Origin: an uncultured Clostridia bacterium
Lineage (GTDB): Bacteria > Bacillota > Clostridia > Christensenellales > UBA1242
Length of the DNA stretch: 64,000 bases
Direction of reading: 5' to 3'
Assembly (NCBI GenBank): GCA_934747385.1
Contig: CAKVGK010000001.1
Coordinates: 340,107-404,106, forward strand
Shown here: positions 1 to 7,957 of the stretch, piece after piece
How positions within the stretch are numbered: position 1 is the stretch's first letter
How the letters are laid out: the number at the start of each line of letters is the position of its first letter
Made by a program: the position numbers and the translations under genes
The notes under the pieces: generated by a model
What the model was told of the DNA's origin: nothing
Seen by the model: the letters and a program-made list of their open reading frames with translations, nothing else
The model's database searches: none

Positions 1-247
1 CTTCCAAACTCTCATTTGGAAAAATAAACCTATGAGCAAAATGTGCCATTAGACGATGAACGTCATGTACAAGAGCAGAAACTGCAATTAGATATAGGTC
101 GCCACCCTCTTTAGATTGAATTATTAAAGCATTGTTTAGTACACGCTTCAAATGCCCAATGTCATGCCCAGTGTTTTCGTCCTTAAACAATTGCTTTATT
201 TTTTTATAAATCCGTTTCAAAACATTTTTTAAATTGTCCTGTTCCAT
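1..247 (-). CDS. HD-domain phosphohydrolase, partial (starts at 247, runs off the left edge)
   Basis: Manual minus-strand translation from ATG 247-245: MEQDNLKNVLKRIYKKIKQLFKDENTGHDIGHLKRVLNNALIIQSKEGGDLYLIAVSALVHDVHRLMAH... The H..H...HD..H pattern is typical of the HD superfamily. It begins 9 nt after the upstream HAD gene stop. Confidence 0.6.
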   Translation of the reverse strand, partial: MEQDNLKNVLKRIYKKIKQLFKDENTGHDIGHLKRVLNNALIIQSKEGGDLYLIAVSALVHDVHRLMAHFAHRFIFPNESLE

Positions 248-256
248 ATTGTTCCT

Positions 257-748
257 TCAATCTATAATTTCACTTATATGGCAAACATGAATGTCCGGCA
301 GCACTTTTAGCGTTGCTTTAATTATATCGTGTGAGTCTTCAAAGAAATATACTTTTTCGTCCGGCTTTGCAATTTGTTGAATGTATTTTGCTTTTATGTA
401 ATATTTTTTTCCTATTTCGTAGGTCTCATTATTTAAAACAACAATTGTAATGTTTTCCGGCTTAATAAATGGAGCATTGTTTTTCAACCAAAAAATTTTG
501 TCTTGACGCTGTTCTTCAAAATAGCAATTTGAGAGAATTCCCACCCTAACATTTTTTGTTTTGCTCAATATTTTCATTTTTTTCAAAACAGTTTTAAGAG
601 GACGCTTAAACTTAAAAAAATCTTTCTCATTTGCCAAAATTTGTGCTTTTTCACCAGTACCATACTCAACACAGGTTCCGTCCATATCAAACAAGCACAG
701 CACCTTTTCAGTTTTTGTCAAGTCTTTAATATCTTTAACTATATTCAT
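257..748 (-). CDS. HAD-superfamily hydrolase (phosphatase/nucleotidase-like)
   Basis: 163-aa ORF with motif I LFDMDGT (DxDGT) near the N-terminus and a late acidic motif FFEDS. RBS GGGGAAG lies upstream of the ATG. Confidence 0.65.
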   Translation of the reverse strand: MNIVKDIKDLTKTEKVLCLFDMDGTCVEYGTGEKAQILANEKDFFKFKRPLKTVLKKMKILSKTKNVRVGILSNCYFEEQRQDKIFWLKNNAPFIKPENITIVVLNNETYEIGKKYYIKAKYIQQIAKPDEKVYFFEDSHDIIKATLKVLPDIHVCHISEIID

Positions 749-772
749 AATTTCTTCCCCTATATGTTTTTC

Positions 773-801
773 ATTATATCATATGGCCAACAAATTTCCA
801 A
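773..801 (-). promoter_or_regulatory. sigma-A-like promoter for the HAD/HD operon
   Basis: Minus strand: TTGGAA (801-796), 17 nt spacer, then TGATATAAT extended -10 (781-773). It sits about 25 nt upstream of the ATG at 748. Confidence 0.4.
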
Positions 802-802
802 C

Positions 803-829
803 AAAAAACACAAGTTGCTTAAACTTGTG
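803..829 (-). terminator. intrinsic terminator (inside repeat copy 1)
   Basis: Minus strand hairpin CACAAGT-TTAAGCA-ACTTGTG followed by T6. Confidence 0.6.
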
Positions 830-878
830 CTTAACATATAGAGCTCCCGCTTCAACTGGCTTGTGGAAGGGACAAGGA
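803..878 (-). repeat. copy 1 of a ~77-bp direct repeat (terminator hairpin plus GC-rich module)
   Basis: Plus strand AAAAAACACAAGTTGCTTAAACTTGTGCTTAACATATAGAGCTCCCGCTTCAACTGGCTTGTGGAAGGGACAAGGA. Hand alignment shows one indel and one substitution relative to 978-1056. Confidence 0.8.
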
Positions 879-902
879 AAAGCCGAGTACAGTCAATGGG
901 GT

Positions 903-936
903 CCCCACAAAGCCAAACAAAGTGGGTTTGAAGGGG
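903..936 (-). repeat. copy of the dispersed CCCC/GGGG hairpin module (15-nt loop)
   Basis: Minus strand CCCCTTCAAA-[CCCACTTTGTTTGGC]-TTTGTGGGG followed by ACCCCATTG. Alignable by eye to 20507-20549 and 16298-16332. Confidence 0.6.
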
Positions 937-977
937 AAACGAGAAAGCCAAGTGATGGGCAACACTTTGTGTTTTTG

Positions 978-1006
978 AAAAAAAACACAAGTTGCTTAAA
1001 CTTGTG
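978..1006 (-). terminator. intrinsic terminator (inside repeat copy 2)
   Basis: Same CACAAGT/ACTTGTG hairpin followed by T8 on the minus strand. Confidence 0.6.
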
Positions 1007-1056
1007 CTTAAACATATAGGGCTCCCGCTTCAACTGGCTTGTGGAAGGGACAAGGA
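978..1056 (-). repeat. copy 2 of the ~77-bp direct repeat
   Basis: Near-identical to 803-878, with a period of about 175 bp. Confidence 0.8.
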
Positions 1057-1121
1057 GCAACCACGTCACAATTGTCGCTATTGCTAGTTTGCTTTTCGCA
1101 AACATAAGCCTCTTGCTCCAT
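1008..1121 (-). CDS. possible 37-aa small protein (doubtful)
   Basis: ATG at 1121, TAA at 1010-1008: MEQEAYVCEKQTSNSDNCDVVAPCPFHKPVEAGALYV. RBS AAGGGGAAAGGA lies about 5 nt upstream. The 3' third overlaps repeat copy 2, and the other repeat copy has no ORF context. Confidence 0.25.
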   Translation of the reverse strand: MEQEAYVCEKQTSNSDNCDVVAPCPFHKPVEAGALYV

Positions 1122-1224
1122 TGTTCCTTTCCCCTTAAAAATCAATGATTTTTGTGGGAACCCTATAAATTTGTGGTTGTTTTTATTTAAAACAACCCGA
1201 CCAATAAGTCGAGTTGCGACGCTG

Positions 1225-1313
1225 TGGCGCAGAGAATGGGATTTGAACCCATGGATGCTGTTAACATCACACGATTTCCAATCGTGCTCGTTCGACCACT
1301 CCGACATCTCTGC
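1225..1313 (-). tRNA. tRNA-Ser (anticodon GGA), CCA encoded
   Basis: 89-nt class II cloverleaf folded by hand. Acceptor GCAGAGA/TCTCTGC, 3-bp D stem TCG/CGA, anticodon stem CACGA/TCGTG with loop TTGGAAA, 17-nt variable arm with its own stem, T arm ATGGG-TTCAAAT-CCCAT, then G-CCA. Confidence 0.9.
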
Positions 1314-1474
1314 ATATAAAGTTACTTTAATCAAAAAGTAACTTGTTTTTAAATTCAACAAATGTGGGCGAACGAGTTTTAGGGTCCCAAAAATGTTTAG
1401 TTTTTGGGAATAAGGAAAAGCCAAGTTTTTGCTGAAATTTGCGTTTAGCAAATAATTTAAAACTTGCGCTTTGA

Positions 1475-1497
1475 CGCTCGACCACTTTCGTCTCTGC
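1475..1497 (-). other. orphan duplicate of the tRNA-Ser 5' end (tRNA fragment)
   Basis: Minus strand GCAGAGACGAAAGTGGTCGAGCG resembles the first ~25 nt of the tRNA (GCAGAGATGTCGGAGTGGTCGAACG). No anticodon arm, T arm or matching 3' acceptor strand follows. Both are preceded by similar hairpins (1504-1527 versus 1319-1344). Confidence 0.5.
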
Positions 1498-1602
1498 ATA
1501 GTTAGTTGCTTTAATTAAAAAGCAACTGGATTGTTAATTAAATTTTAAATGCATTTAACTTAAAGCAAAATTAATTATATTTAATTTTTACAATTTGTCA
1601 AG

Positions 1603-4011
1603 TTAAACAACAATGTTGAAAATTCTGCCCGGCACATAGATAATTTTTTTATAGCCGTCAGCCACATAAGATTGGACCTCTGCCAATGCTTTGGCTTTGA
1701 TTTCCTCTTCAGTTGCAGACTTTGAAACAGTTATTTTTCCGCGGAATTTGCCATTGACCTGAATTGGAATTTCAATGGTGTCAACAACCATTTTGTTTTC
1801 GTCATAAGTTGGCCAAGGCTCGTAAGCAATTGTGTTGTTGTGCCCCAAAAATTGCCACAATTCCTCAGTTATGCAAGGGCAAATTGGGTTAAGAAGTTTA
1901 ACAAAACCTTCTGCCATTGTGCGTGGCAAAGTTTCCTCTTTTGCCAAAGCGTTTACAAAAATCATCATTTGGCTTATTGCCGTGTTAAAGTTAAGAGTTT
2001 CGTAATCTTCTGTAACTTTTTTAACTGTGACATTGTAAATTGCGTCCAAATTAGCATTTTCGCCGTCCACAATCTGTTTTTCGTGAAGCAGGCGCCAAAC
2101 TCTATCAAGGAATTTACGAGAGCCGTTTACGCCGTTATCGTCCCAAGGTTTGCTTTCTTGAAGAGGTCCCATAAACATTTCATACAAACGCAATGTGTCC
2201 GCACCATATTTTGCAACAATATCGTTAGGGTCAACCACAAATTGAGGGTATCGTTTGCCCATTTTTATGCCATTTGCACCCAAAATCATGCCTTGGTGCA
2301 CAAGTTTTTTGAAAGGTTCTTTAACAGGAACAAGCCCTTTATCGAACAAATAGTTGTTCCACATGCGGGAATAAAGCAAATGCCCAACAGCATGCTCTGG
2401 CCCACCAACATAAAGGTCAACTGGCATCCAATGTTTGAGCAATTCTTTGTTGGCAAACTCTTTATCATTATGTGGGTCAATATATCGCAAATAATACCAA
2501 CTTGAACCAGCGCTTCCTGGCATGGTGTTGGTTTCTCGTTTGGCTGGTTTGCCGTCCACTGTCACATTAACCCACCAATCCGCCTTTGCAAGTGGACTGT
2601 TGCCGTCTTTTGCTGGTTTGTAATCGTCCAGTTCTGGCAAAACAATAGGCAACTCACTGTCTTCAACTGCTTTGGTTGTGCCATCAGCAAAATGTACAAT
2701 TGGCACAGGTTCACCCCAATAACGTTGACGAGCAAAAATCCATTCGCGCAATTTGTAGTTAATGGTTTTTCTTGCCACACCCATGCCAACAAGTTTGTCT
2801 GTAATGGCAACTTTGGCTTGTTCAACTGTCAAACCATTAAACTCTTCACTATTAATCAACTTGCAGCCTTTGTTCAAATAGTCTTGCTTTTCAAAGGCAT
2901 GTTTTGTTACATCCTCTCCATCAATAACTTGAATCATTGGAATATTGTGTGCAATTGCATATTCAAAGTCGCGTTGGTCATGCGTTGGAACAGCCATAAC
3001 TGCGCCAGTGCCATAACTTGCAAGCACAAAATCGCCTGCAAACACTGGAACCTGCTTGCCGTTAACTGGATTGATCGCAAAAATGCCTTCCAACTTAACG
3101 CCAGACTTGCCTTTGTTCAGTTCAGTGCGTTCCAAATCGCTCAATTTTTCAGTTTGACGTCGATATTCTTCCACTTCCGCCCAGTTTTTAATACGTGGTT
3201 TAAGTTCGTCCACCAATTTGCTGTCCGGTGCCACAACCATAAAGGTTATGCCATAAATTGTTTCAATGCAGGTGGTGAAAATTGAAAACTTGCCGCCACC
3301 AACAAGAGTGAAATCCACTTCAACGCCGGTTGACTTGCCAATTCGGTTACGTTGCATTGCTTTGGTTGATTCTGGCCAATCAATTGTATCCAACCCTGCA
3401 AGCAATTTTTCAGCATACTTAGGCATGTCAATAACCCATTGTTTCATGTTCCTTTTAATAACTGGATAGCCTCCGCGCTCACTTTTTCCGTCCACAATTT
3501 CGTCGTTTGCAAGCACGCAGCCAAGTTCTTCGCACCAGTTAACAGGCATGTCAACACATTTTGCAAGCCCATCTAGGTACATTTGCTTAAAAATCCACTG
3601 AGTCCATTTATAAAACTTAGGGTCGCTTGTGCGCACTTCCCTGTCCCAGTCATAAGAAAGACCAATATTTTTAAGTTGTTCGGTGAAAATCTTAATATTT
3701 TTTTCAGTAAAAATAACAGGGTTGTTGCCAGTGTCAATTGCGTACTGCTCGGCTGGCAAGCCAAAACTATCATAGCCCATTGGGTGCAAAACATTGTACC
3801 CTTGCATGCGTTTCATTCGGCTGACAATGTCCGTTGCTGTGTAACCCTCAGGGTGTCCAACATGTAACCCCGCGCCAGATGGATATGGGAACATGTCCAA
3901 AGCATAGAATTTAGGACGTGAAAAATCCCAAACGTCAGTTTTAAAGGTTTGATTGTCTTCCCAATATTTCTTCCACTTTTTTTCTACTTCAATATGATTA
4001 TATTCTGCCAT
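1603..4011 (-). CDS. leuS: leucyl-tRNA synthetase
   Basis: 802 aa. Class I HIGH-region PYPSGAGLHVGHPEGY, KMSKS-like IKMGKRYPQ followed by YGADTLRLYEMFMGP. Collinear with bacterial LeuRS along its length. Confidence 0.95.
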   Translation of the reverse strand: MAEYNHIEVEKKWKKYWEDNQTFKTDVWDFSRPKFYALDMFPYPSGAGLHVGHPEGYTATDIVSRMKRMQGYNVLHPMGYDSFGLPAEQYAIDTGNNPVIFTEKNIKIFTEQLKNIGLSYDWDREVRTSDPKFYKWTQWIFKQMYLDGLAKCVDMPVNWCEELGCVLANDEIVDGKSERGGYPVIKRNMKQWVIDMPKYAEKLLAGLDTIDWPESTKAMQRNRIGKSTGVEVDFTLVGGGKFSIFTTCIETIYGITFMVVAPDSKLVDELKPRIKNWAEVEEYRRQTEKLSDLERTELNKGKSGVKLEGIFAINPVNGKQVPVFAGDFVLASYGTGAVMAVPTHDQRDFEYAIAHNIPMIQVIDGEDVTKHAFEKQDYLNKGCKLINSEEFNGLTVEQAKVAITDKLVGMGVARKTINYKLREWIFARQRYWGEPVPIVHFADGTTKAVEDSELPIVLPELDDYKPAKDGNSPLAKADWWVNVTVDGKPAKRETNTMPGSAGSSWYYLRYIDPHNDKEFANKELLKHWMPVDLYVGGPEHAVGHLLYSRMWNNYLFDKGLVPVKEPFKKLVHQGMILGANGIKMGKRYPQFVVDPNDIVAKYGADTLRLYEMFMGPLQESKPWDDNGVNGSRKFLDRVWRLLHEKQIVDGENANLDAIYNVTVKKVTEDYETLNFNTAISQMMIFVNALAKEETLPRTMAEGFVKLLNPICPCITEELWQFLGHNNTIAYEPWPTYDENKMVVDTIEIPIQVNGKFRGKITVSKSATEEEIKAKALAEVQSYVADGYKKIIYVPGRIFNIVV

Positions 4012-4165
4012 AAAAAAATCCTTATCTAGAAAACCATTTTCTTAAAGAAAATAAGTTCGTTGTTGTTAACAAAAACCAATCAACTTCGCTTTCGCTTGTA
4101 ATCATAGTTCATTGTTAACCTCAACAAGATAAGGAAATTATATCAATAATATGCCTTTTAGTCAA

Positions 4166-5791
4166 CTAAACTGATAATCGAGTTCCATAATTTGCAAAAT
4201 CACTATTCATACAACTAGAACTGCCTTTGTAATAACATTCGCTCATGTTTATTTCCACATTTTCGGTCTCTAAAACTTCGTAAGGACCATGTCCTGAGCC
4301 GCCATTTAAATCTGAAATGGACTTCCAATATCCTCCTGTTTTCATGACTAAATCTCTACCTGTTTCCTTATCTGTTGACGTAATAATAAGATTCCATGTG
4401 ACCCACTCATGTTTTGTTTCGTAATAATGTCCTGCAAAAATAGGGTAAATATTTGCACCAACCCCTCCTAGATTAATTAAGTATTTTGTGTCGTATCCTG
4501 ATTTTTTTATTTCCTTTATATTTGAATCTACGAATGAAGTTTTACCTAGGAAAAAATCACTTATGTTTACGACACAATTATTAATATTTGTTCTAATACC
4601 AGTCTCAGCTATTATTCCTGCCATTTGAAGTTTGATTAATTTGAGAGAAGACTGAACATTAAGCTTTCCATTAAAAACACACTTATTAATTTCGCTCTTA
4701 TAGTTATTATTACCATTGGTATTACACCCGATTAATCCTCCAACAGCAATCATTGAGCTACTAGAATCACTTTCATTAGAATACAAAACAATAGAAATAT
4801 TTGAACTAGATTGACAATCAGAAATTGTACAATTACCCGAAACCCATGCAGCAATCCCGCCAGCACATACATTCAATTCTTTATTAGAGCCATTAATTTG
4901 AATTTGTGCAGAAGATGAACACTTTTCAATATTTGTATTTGTAGCAACCGCTATAATTCCACCGACAACCCTTGAAGAATTATCCGTTCTGCCTTTTATT
5001 AAACAATTTTCATAAACAGAACAATTGCTAATAGTTGAATTTTCTGCTTGCCCAATTAAAATTGAATCCTGTAAACGAGCGATCTCATTCCTTACTGAAG
5101 AGATTTTTAAATTTTTTATAGTTGCTCCAGAAACATTTCCAAATAAACCTGAGGGTAATATAGAGTCAAGAATTTTGTCTATATCACCTGTCGTTTCATA
5201 TTTTATGCTACAATTACTTATTTGTTTATTCTTTCCGTCAAAAACACCAGAGAACACATTTCCACCATACCCAATGCTTTGCCAGTTTATTCCGCCCAAA
5301 TTTATATCTTTAGTTAGCACTATAGTAGTACCAGAATATGTGTTGCCGTTGTTTACACTATCTCTAAACGTTGCCAAAGTCATGCTGTCTGGAATTTTGA
5401 TTTCTCCACTTTTTGCCGCATATTGTGTTGCAGCGATTGTTCTTATATTATTATCTTTCGTGGAAAAATAATATGTTTGGTTATTTAATTTGTAATCAAA
5501 CATTACATTGCTATTTGTTACTTTAACTAAACGCCCTAAACTGCCTTTATTGCCGCTGCCAGAAATTTTAATCTTTTGGCTGAGTTTATCTATTGTATCG
5601 TCTTCTTTTGTTATGTTGTCTGTCAATTCAAACTTAACAACACCTGCTGTGGTTCGCAATATCGCTATGTTGTTTGGAGTTAAGTTGAGAATTAAACCTA
5701 TGGTTGTTAAACCTGCCAATGCAAAACAAAAAATTAGCAAGAGTAGGCTTACTATTTTTTTGTATCTTAATATCTTGTTTGCCCCTAACAT
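4166..5791 (-). CDS. membrane-anchored surface protein with GLUG-like beta-helix repeats
   Basis: 541 aa with an N-terminal TM helix (IVSLLLLIFCFALAGLTTIGLIL). Recurrent turns SGLFGNVSG, VGGIIAVAT, AGGIAAWVSG, VGGLIGCNT and MAGIIAETG are each followed by an I/N-x-C strand, resembling GLUG-motif adhesin-like repeats. Confidence 0.5.
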   Translation of the reverse strand: MLGANKILRYKKIVSLLLLIFCFALAGLTTIGLILNLTPNNIAILRTTAGVVKFELTDNITKEDDTIDKLSQKIKISGSGNKGSLGRLVKVTNSNVMFDYKLNNQTYYFSTKDNNIRTIAATQYAAKSGEIKIPDSMTLATFRDSVNNGNTYSGTTIVLTKDINLGGINWQSIGYGGNVFSGVFDGKNKQISNCSIKYETTGDIDKILDSILPSGLFGNVSGATIKNLKISSVRNEIARLQDSILIGQAENSTISNCSVYENCLIKGRTDNSSRVVGGIIAVATNTNIEKCSSSAQIQINGSNKELNVCAGGIAAWVSGNCTISDCQSSSNISIVLYSNESDSSSSMIAVGGLIGCNTNGNNNYKSEINKCVFNGKLNVQSSLKLIKLQMAGIIAETGIRTNINNCVVNISDFFLGKTSFVDSNIKEIKKSGYDTKYLINLGGVGANIYPIFAGHYYETKHEWVTWNLIITSTDKETGRDLVMKTGGYWKSISDLNGGSGHGPYEVLETENVEINMSECYYKGSSSCMNSDFANYGTRLSV

Positions 5792-5910
5792 TAATGTTAG
5801 TATACCTTAATTTTAAAAAAGTTGTCAAATAATTTGGATTGATTGTTGAAAAGAAAAAAATATACAAGATACAGTTTGGCAAAACTATAAAGTGATAAGA
5901 ATTTAAAGAA

Positions 5911-6225
5911 TTATCTTGGAACAAAAGAGTTACAAGGGGCTTTGACCTGCTCGCTGCCAACAAAAATACCATTTGAAAAGCATTCTCCATTTTTGTTAAA
6001 AATGCAATTTGCACTGTCGCATGCAATATTCATTGTTTTGCAGTGATGATATGGTGCAACGTCAGGTTCGTGTTCAAACATGTCTTTTGAAACGTCTGTC
6101 ACCACCTTAGATTTGTCCACCTTTAAATTTTCACAATTGGCATTTTTATCAACTTGCAAATTTTTGCGATTACATTTTGCTTTTTCATTAAAAACGCAGC
6201 TATATTTTCTGCACATAACGTCCAT
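5911..6225 (-). CDS. Cys-rich small protein, DUF1540-like (two repeats)
   Basis: 104 aa with two copies of a C-x(5-6)-C-x-F-N-x(3-4)-C pattern (CRKYSCVFNEKAKC and CDSANCIFNKNGEC). I recall this pattern from DUF1540 proteins of spore formers. Confidence 0.45.
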   Translation of the reverse strand: MDVMCRKYSCVFNEKAKCNRKNLQVDKNANCENLKVDKSKVVTDVSKDMFEHEPDVAPYHHCKTMNIACDSANCIFNKNGECFSNGIFVGSEQVKAPCNSFVPR

Positions 6226-6319
6226 AATTTCACCTCACAACAATTTTGCCCTAAGAATTAAAATTTAAACAACCACAAAATTTGACAACATGCTGAGAAT
6301 TATGTTATAATGTAAATAT

Positions 6320-6661
6320 ATGAGAATAAATATCACATATTATTTGGAATTATTGAATTGTTATAATCAAATTTCACATTTGGCAAACGGGAACGAGTAT
6401 TTTGACGCCCTTAACAATGCTCTTGCAACCGCCCAGATTTGCGACAAAAAGTTTGAATACAATCGCAAAAAATGTGTTAAAGAAATGAACAAGTTTGTTG
6501 AAAATGTTATGGAGATTGCAACAGCTCAAGGTTGGGAAAAGCCAATTGCAACGATAATTGACAACTTTAAGAAATGGAACAAAGCATTCCTTGAAAACCT
6601 GCACGCTGTTTATGAGGAGAAAGATATTATAAGGAGCAAACATGAAAGTAATTTTAATTAA
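6320..6661 (+). CDS. hypothetical protein (113 aa)
   Basis: ORF only. It overlaps the rplI start by 20 nt. No motif recognised. Confidence 0.35.
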   Translation: MRINITYYLELLNCYNQISHLANGNEYFDALNNALATAQICDKKFEYNRKKCVKEMNKFVENVMEIATAQGWEKPIATIIDNFKKWNKAFLENLHAVYEEKDIIRSKHESNFN

Positions 6662-7085
6662 AGACTTAAAAGGCAAAGGCAAAGCCGGAGATATTATTGA
6701 CGTAAACCCAAATTATGCCAGCAATGTGCTTATTCGTCAAGGCATTGCAAAAGAAGCAACAGCGAGTGCTTTGAACGATCACAAAGGCCAAGTGGAAGCA
6801 AAAGCATTCCATCATGGCGAGATGGTTAAAGAATATCAATCCTTAGCAAATAGAATTAAAAACAAGGTTTATTGTTTCACACTTAATGTGGGCACAAATG
6901 GCAAGGCGTTTGGCTCTATAACCAAGCAAGAAATTTTAAACGCTTTAAGTGCGGACGGAATTAAAATTGAAAAAAATCAAATTAAAGATTTTCCAACAAT
7001 AAAGGGTGTTGGCGATTACAAAATTACCCTGCAACTTATAAAAGAAGTTAGTGTGGATATTGTTGCCAGCGTTAACATAAAATAA
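6642..7085 (+). CDS. rplI: 50S ribosomal protein L9
   Basis: 147 aa. MKVILIKDLKGKGKAGDIIDVNPNYASNVLIRQGIAKEAT is a typical L9 N-terminus. RBS AGGAG is present. Confidence 0.9.
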   Translation: MKVILIKDLKGKGKAGDIIDVNPNYASNVLIRQGIAKEATASALNDHKGQVEAKAFHHGEMVKEYQSLANRIKNKVYCFTLNVGTNGKAFGSITKQEILNALSADGIKIEKNQIKDFPTIKGVGDYKITLQLIKEVSVDIVASVNIK

Positions 7086-7094
7086 TTAAAAATT

Positions 7095-7135
7095 GACGGC
7101 AAGTCATATTTCTTTGACTTAGCTGTCATTTTTTG
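7095..7135 (+). terminator. intrinsic terminator after rplI
   Basis: Imperfect hairpin GACGGCAAGTCA...TGACTTAGCTGTC followed by ATTTTTT. Confidence 0.45.
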
Positions 7136-7180
7136 TTAAACTCAAATTGAAAGAATAATTCTTTAAACAATATTAAAGGA

Positions 7181-7957
7181 ATGCTTATGATGACAATTGG
7201 CGGAGTTGCCCACATTATTATGGTGGTGGTGTCAATTTTGATTGTTGCCTGTTTAATGTTTGTTGTGGCGCATGTAAGTTACAAATGGCAATGTGTGATT
7301 ATTTACTCTGCAGTGTTCGTGTGCATGCTTGGAATTGCTTTTCTGCACCTGACTCATTATGGCACACAATTTGATTTCAAAAATTTCTTCACTCAAATGT
7401 TTCAAGTTTGCAATTTTAACTTTATTCTTTTACCTTTGTGTCTGATAAAGAAAAATGAACTCGGCAGGCAATATCTGTTCTATTTCTCAATGCCATGTGC
7501 GTTGTCAACCTTTGTTACATATGTTTCAGACGTGGAAAATTCAATGTGGTATTCAATTGTAACTCTCAATTTTTGGATTGACCACCTGCTTGTTGTTGCC
7601 GTGCCTCTTATGATGATTGCAGCAAGATGGTTTAAACCTCAAAAGAAATACATTCCTTGGGTCTGCTTGTGCATCTTAATTTATTTTGGCTGCTGCTTTA
7701 TTGCCAACTTTGCATTAAACGGCTGGCAAACATCTGGCCCTCACAATCACTCATACACCATGAGTTCAGGCGGAATTTTGGTGCTTGTTCCATTGTTCAA
7801 ACTAATTCCGATTCCTTTTGTCTATCTCTTGCCAATGCTTCCAATTTGTGCTTTATTGTTTTATCTAATATCTATTCCTTTCAAAAATTATAAAACAATA
7901 GATTTATTAAACCCACCAAAATCCAATAAAAATAAGGAGAAACAATGTTTTACATAA
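7181..7957 (+). CDS. polytopic membrane protein (possibly YwaF/TIGR02206-like)
   Basis: 258 aa with about 7 hydrophobic segments. It shares a block pattern with the C-terminal half of the next ORF (QVCNFNFILLPLCLIKKN versus QLCNLGAFFILISLITKN; HLLVVAVPLMM versus HTNVLVVPILA). The start codon is uncertain. Confidence 0.55.
   Translation: MLMMTIGGVAHIIMVVVSILIVACLMFVVAHVSYKWQCVIIYSAVFVCMLGIAFLHLTHYGTQFDFKNFFTQMFQVCNFNFILLPLCLIKKNELGRQYLFYFSMPCALSTFVTYVSDVENSMWYSIVTLNFWIDHLLVVAVPLMMIAARWFKPQKKYIPWVCLCILIYFGCCFIANFALNGWQTSGPHNHSYTMSSGGILVLVPLFKLIPIPFVYLLPMLPICALLFYLISIPFKNYKTIDLLNPPKSNKNKEKQCFT

Noticed and set aside
561-1499. ORF-track ORFs 561-1019(+), 641-841(+), 760-990(-), 893-1105(-) and 1008-1499(-)
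   Set aside because: They run through the tRNA-Ser gene, terminator hairpins and the 77-bp direct repeats. They have no RBS at their starts, and their sequences are low-complexity read-through of structured non-coding DNA. Only the 3'-terminal 37 codons of 1008-1499 are kept, as a doubtful small ORF.
1840-3867. Many 60-220-aa ORFs antisense to or out of frame with leuS, and equivalents inside glyQS, pheT, the giant genes, the ATPase gene, lysS, yidC and others
   Set aside because: They are nested entirely within long ORFs that have clear family motifs. They lack an RBS and have odd composition rich in Cys, Phe and Leu. These are typical shadow ORFs of AT-rich coding DNA.
4012-4165. T-box or other riboswitch upstream of leuS, and a 9-bp long-range pairing (4019-4027 with 4127-4135) that would sequester the RBS
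   Set aside because: No T-box core (GGTGGTACC-like) is present, and the spacer of ~150 nt is too short. The best -10 candidate (TGATATAAT, 4145-4137) would start transcription within the 5' arm, so the long-range helix probably cannot form in the promoter-proximal transcript. It remains possible only in read-through RNA from the upstream gene.
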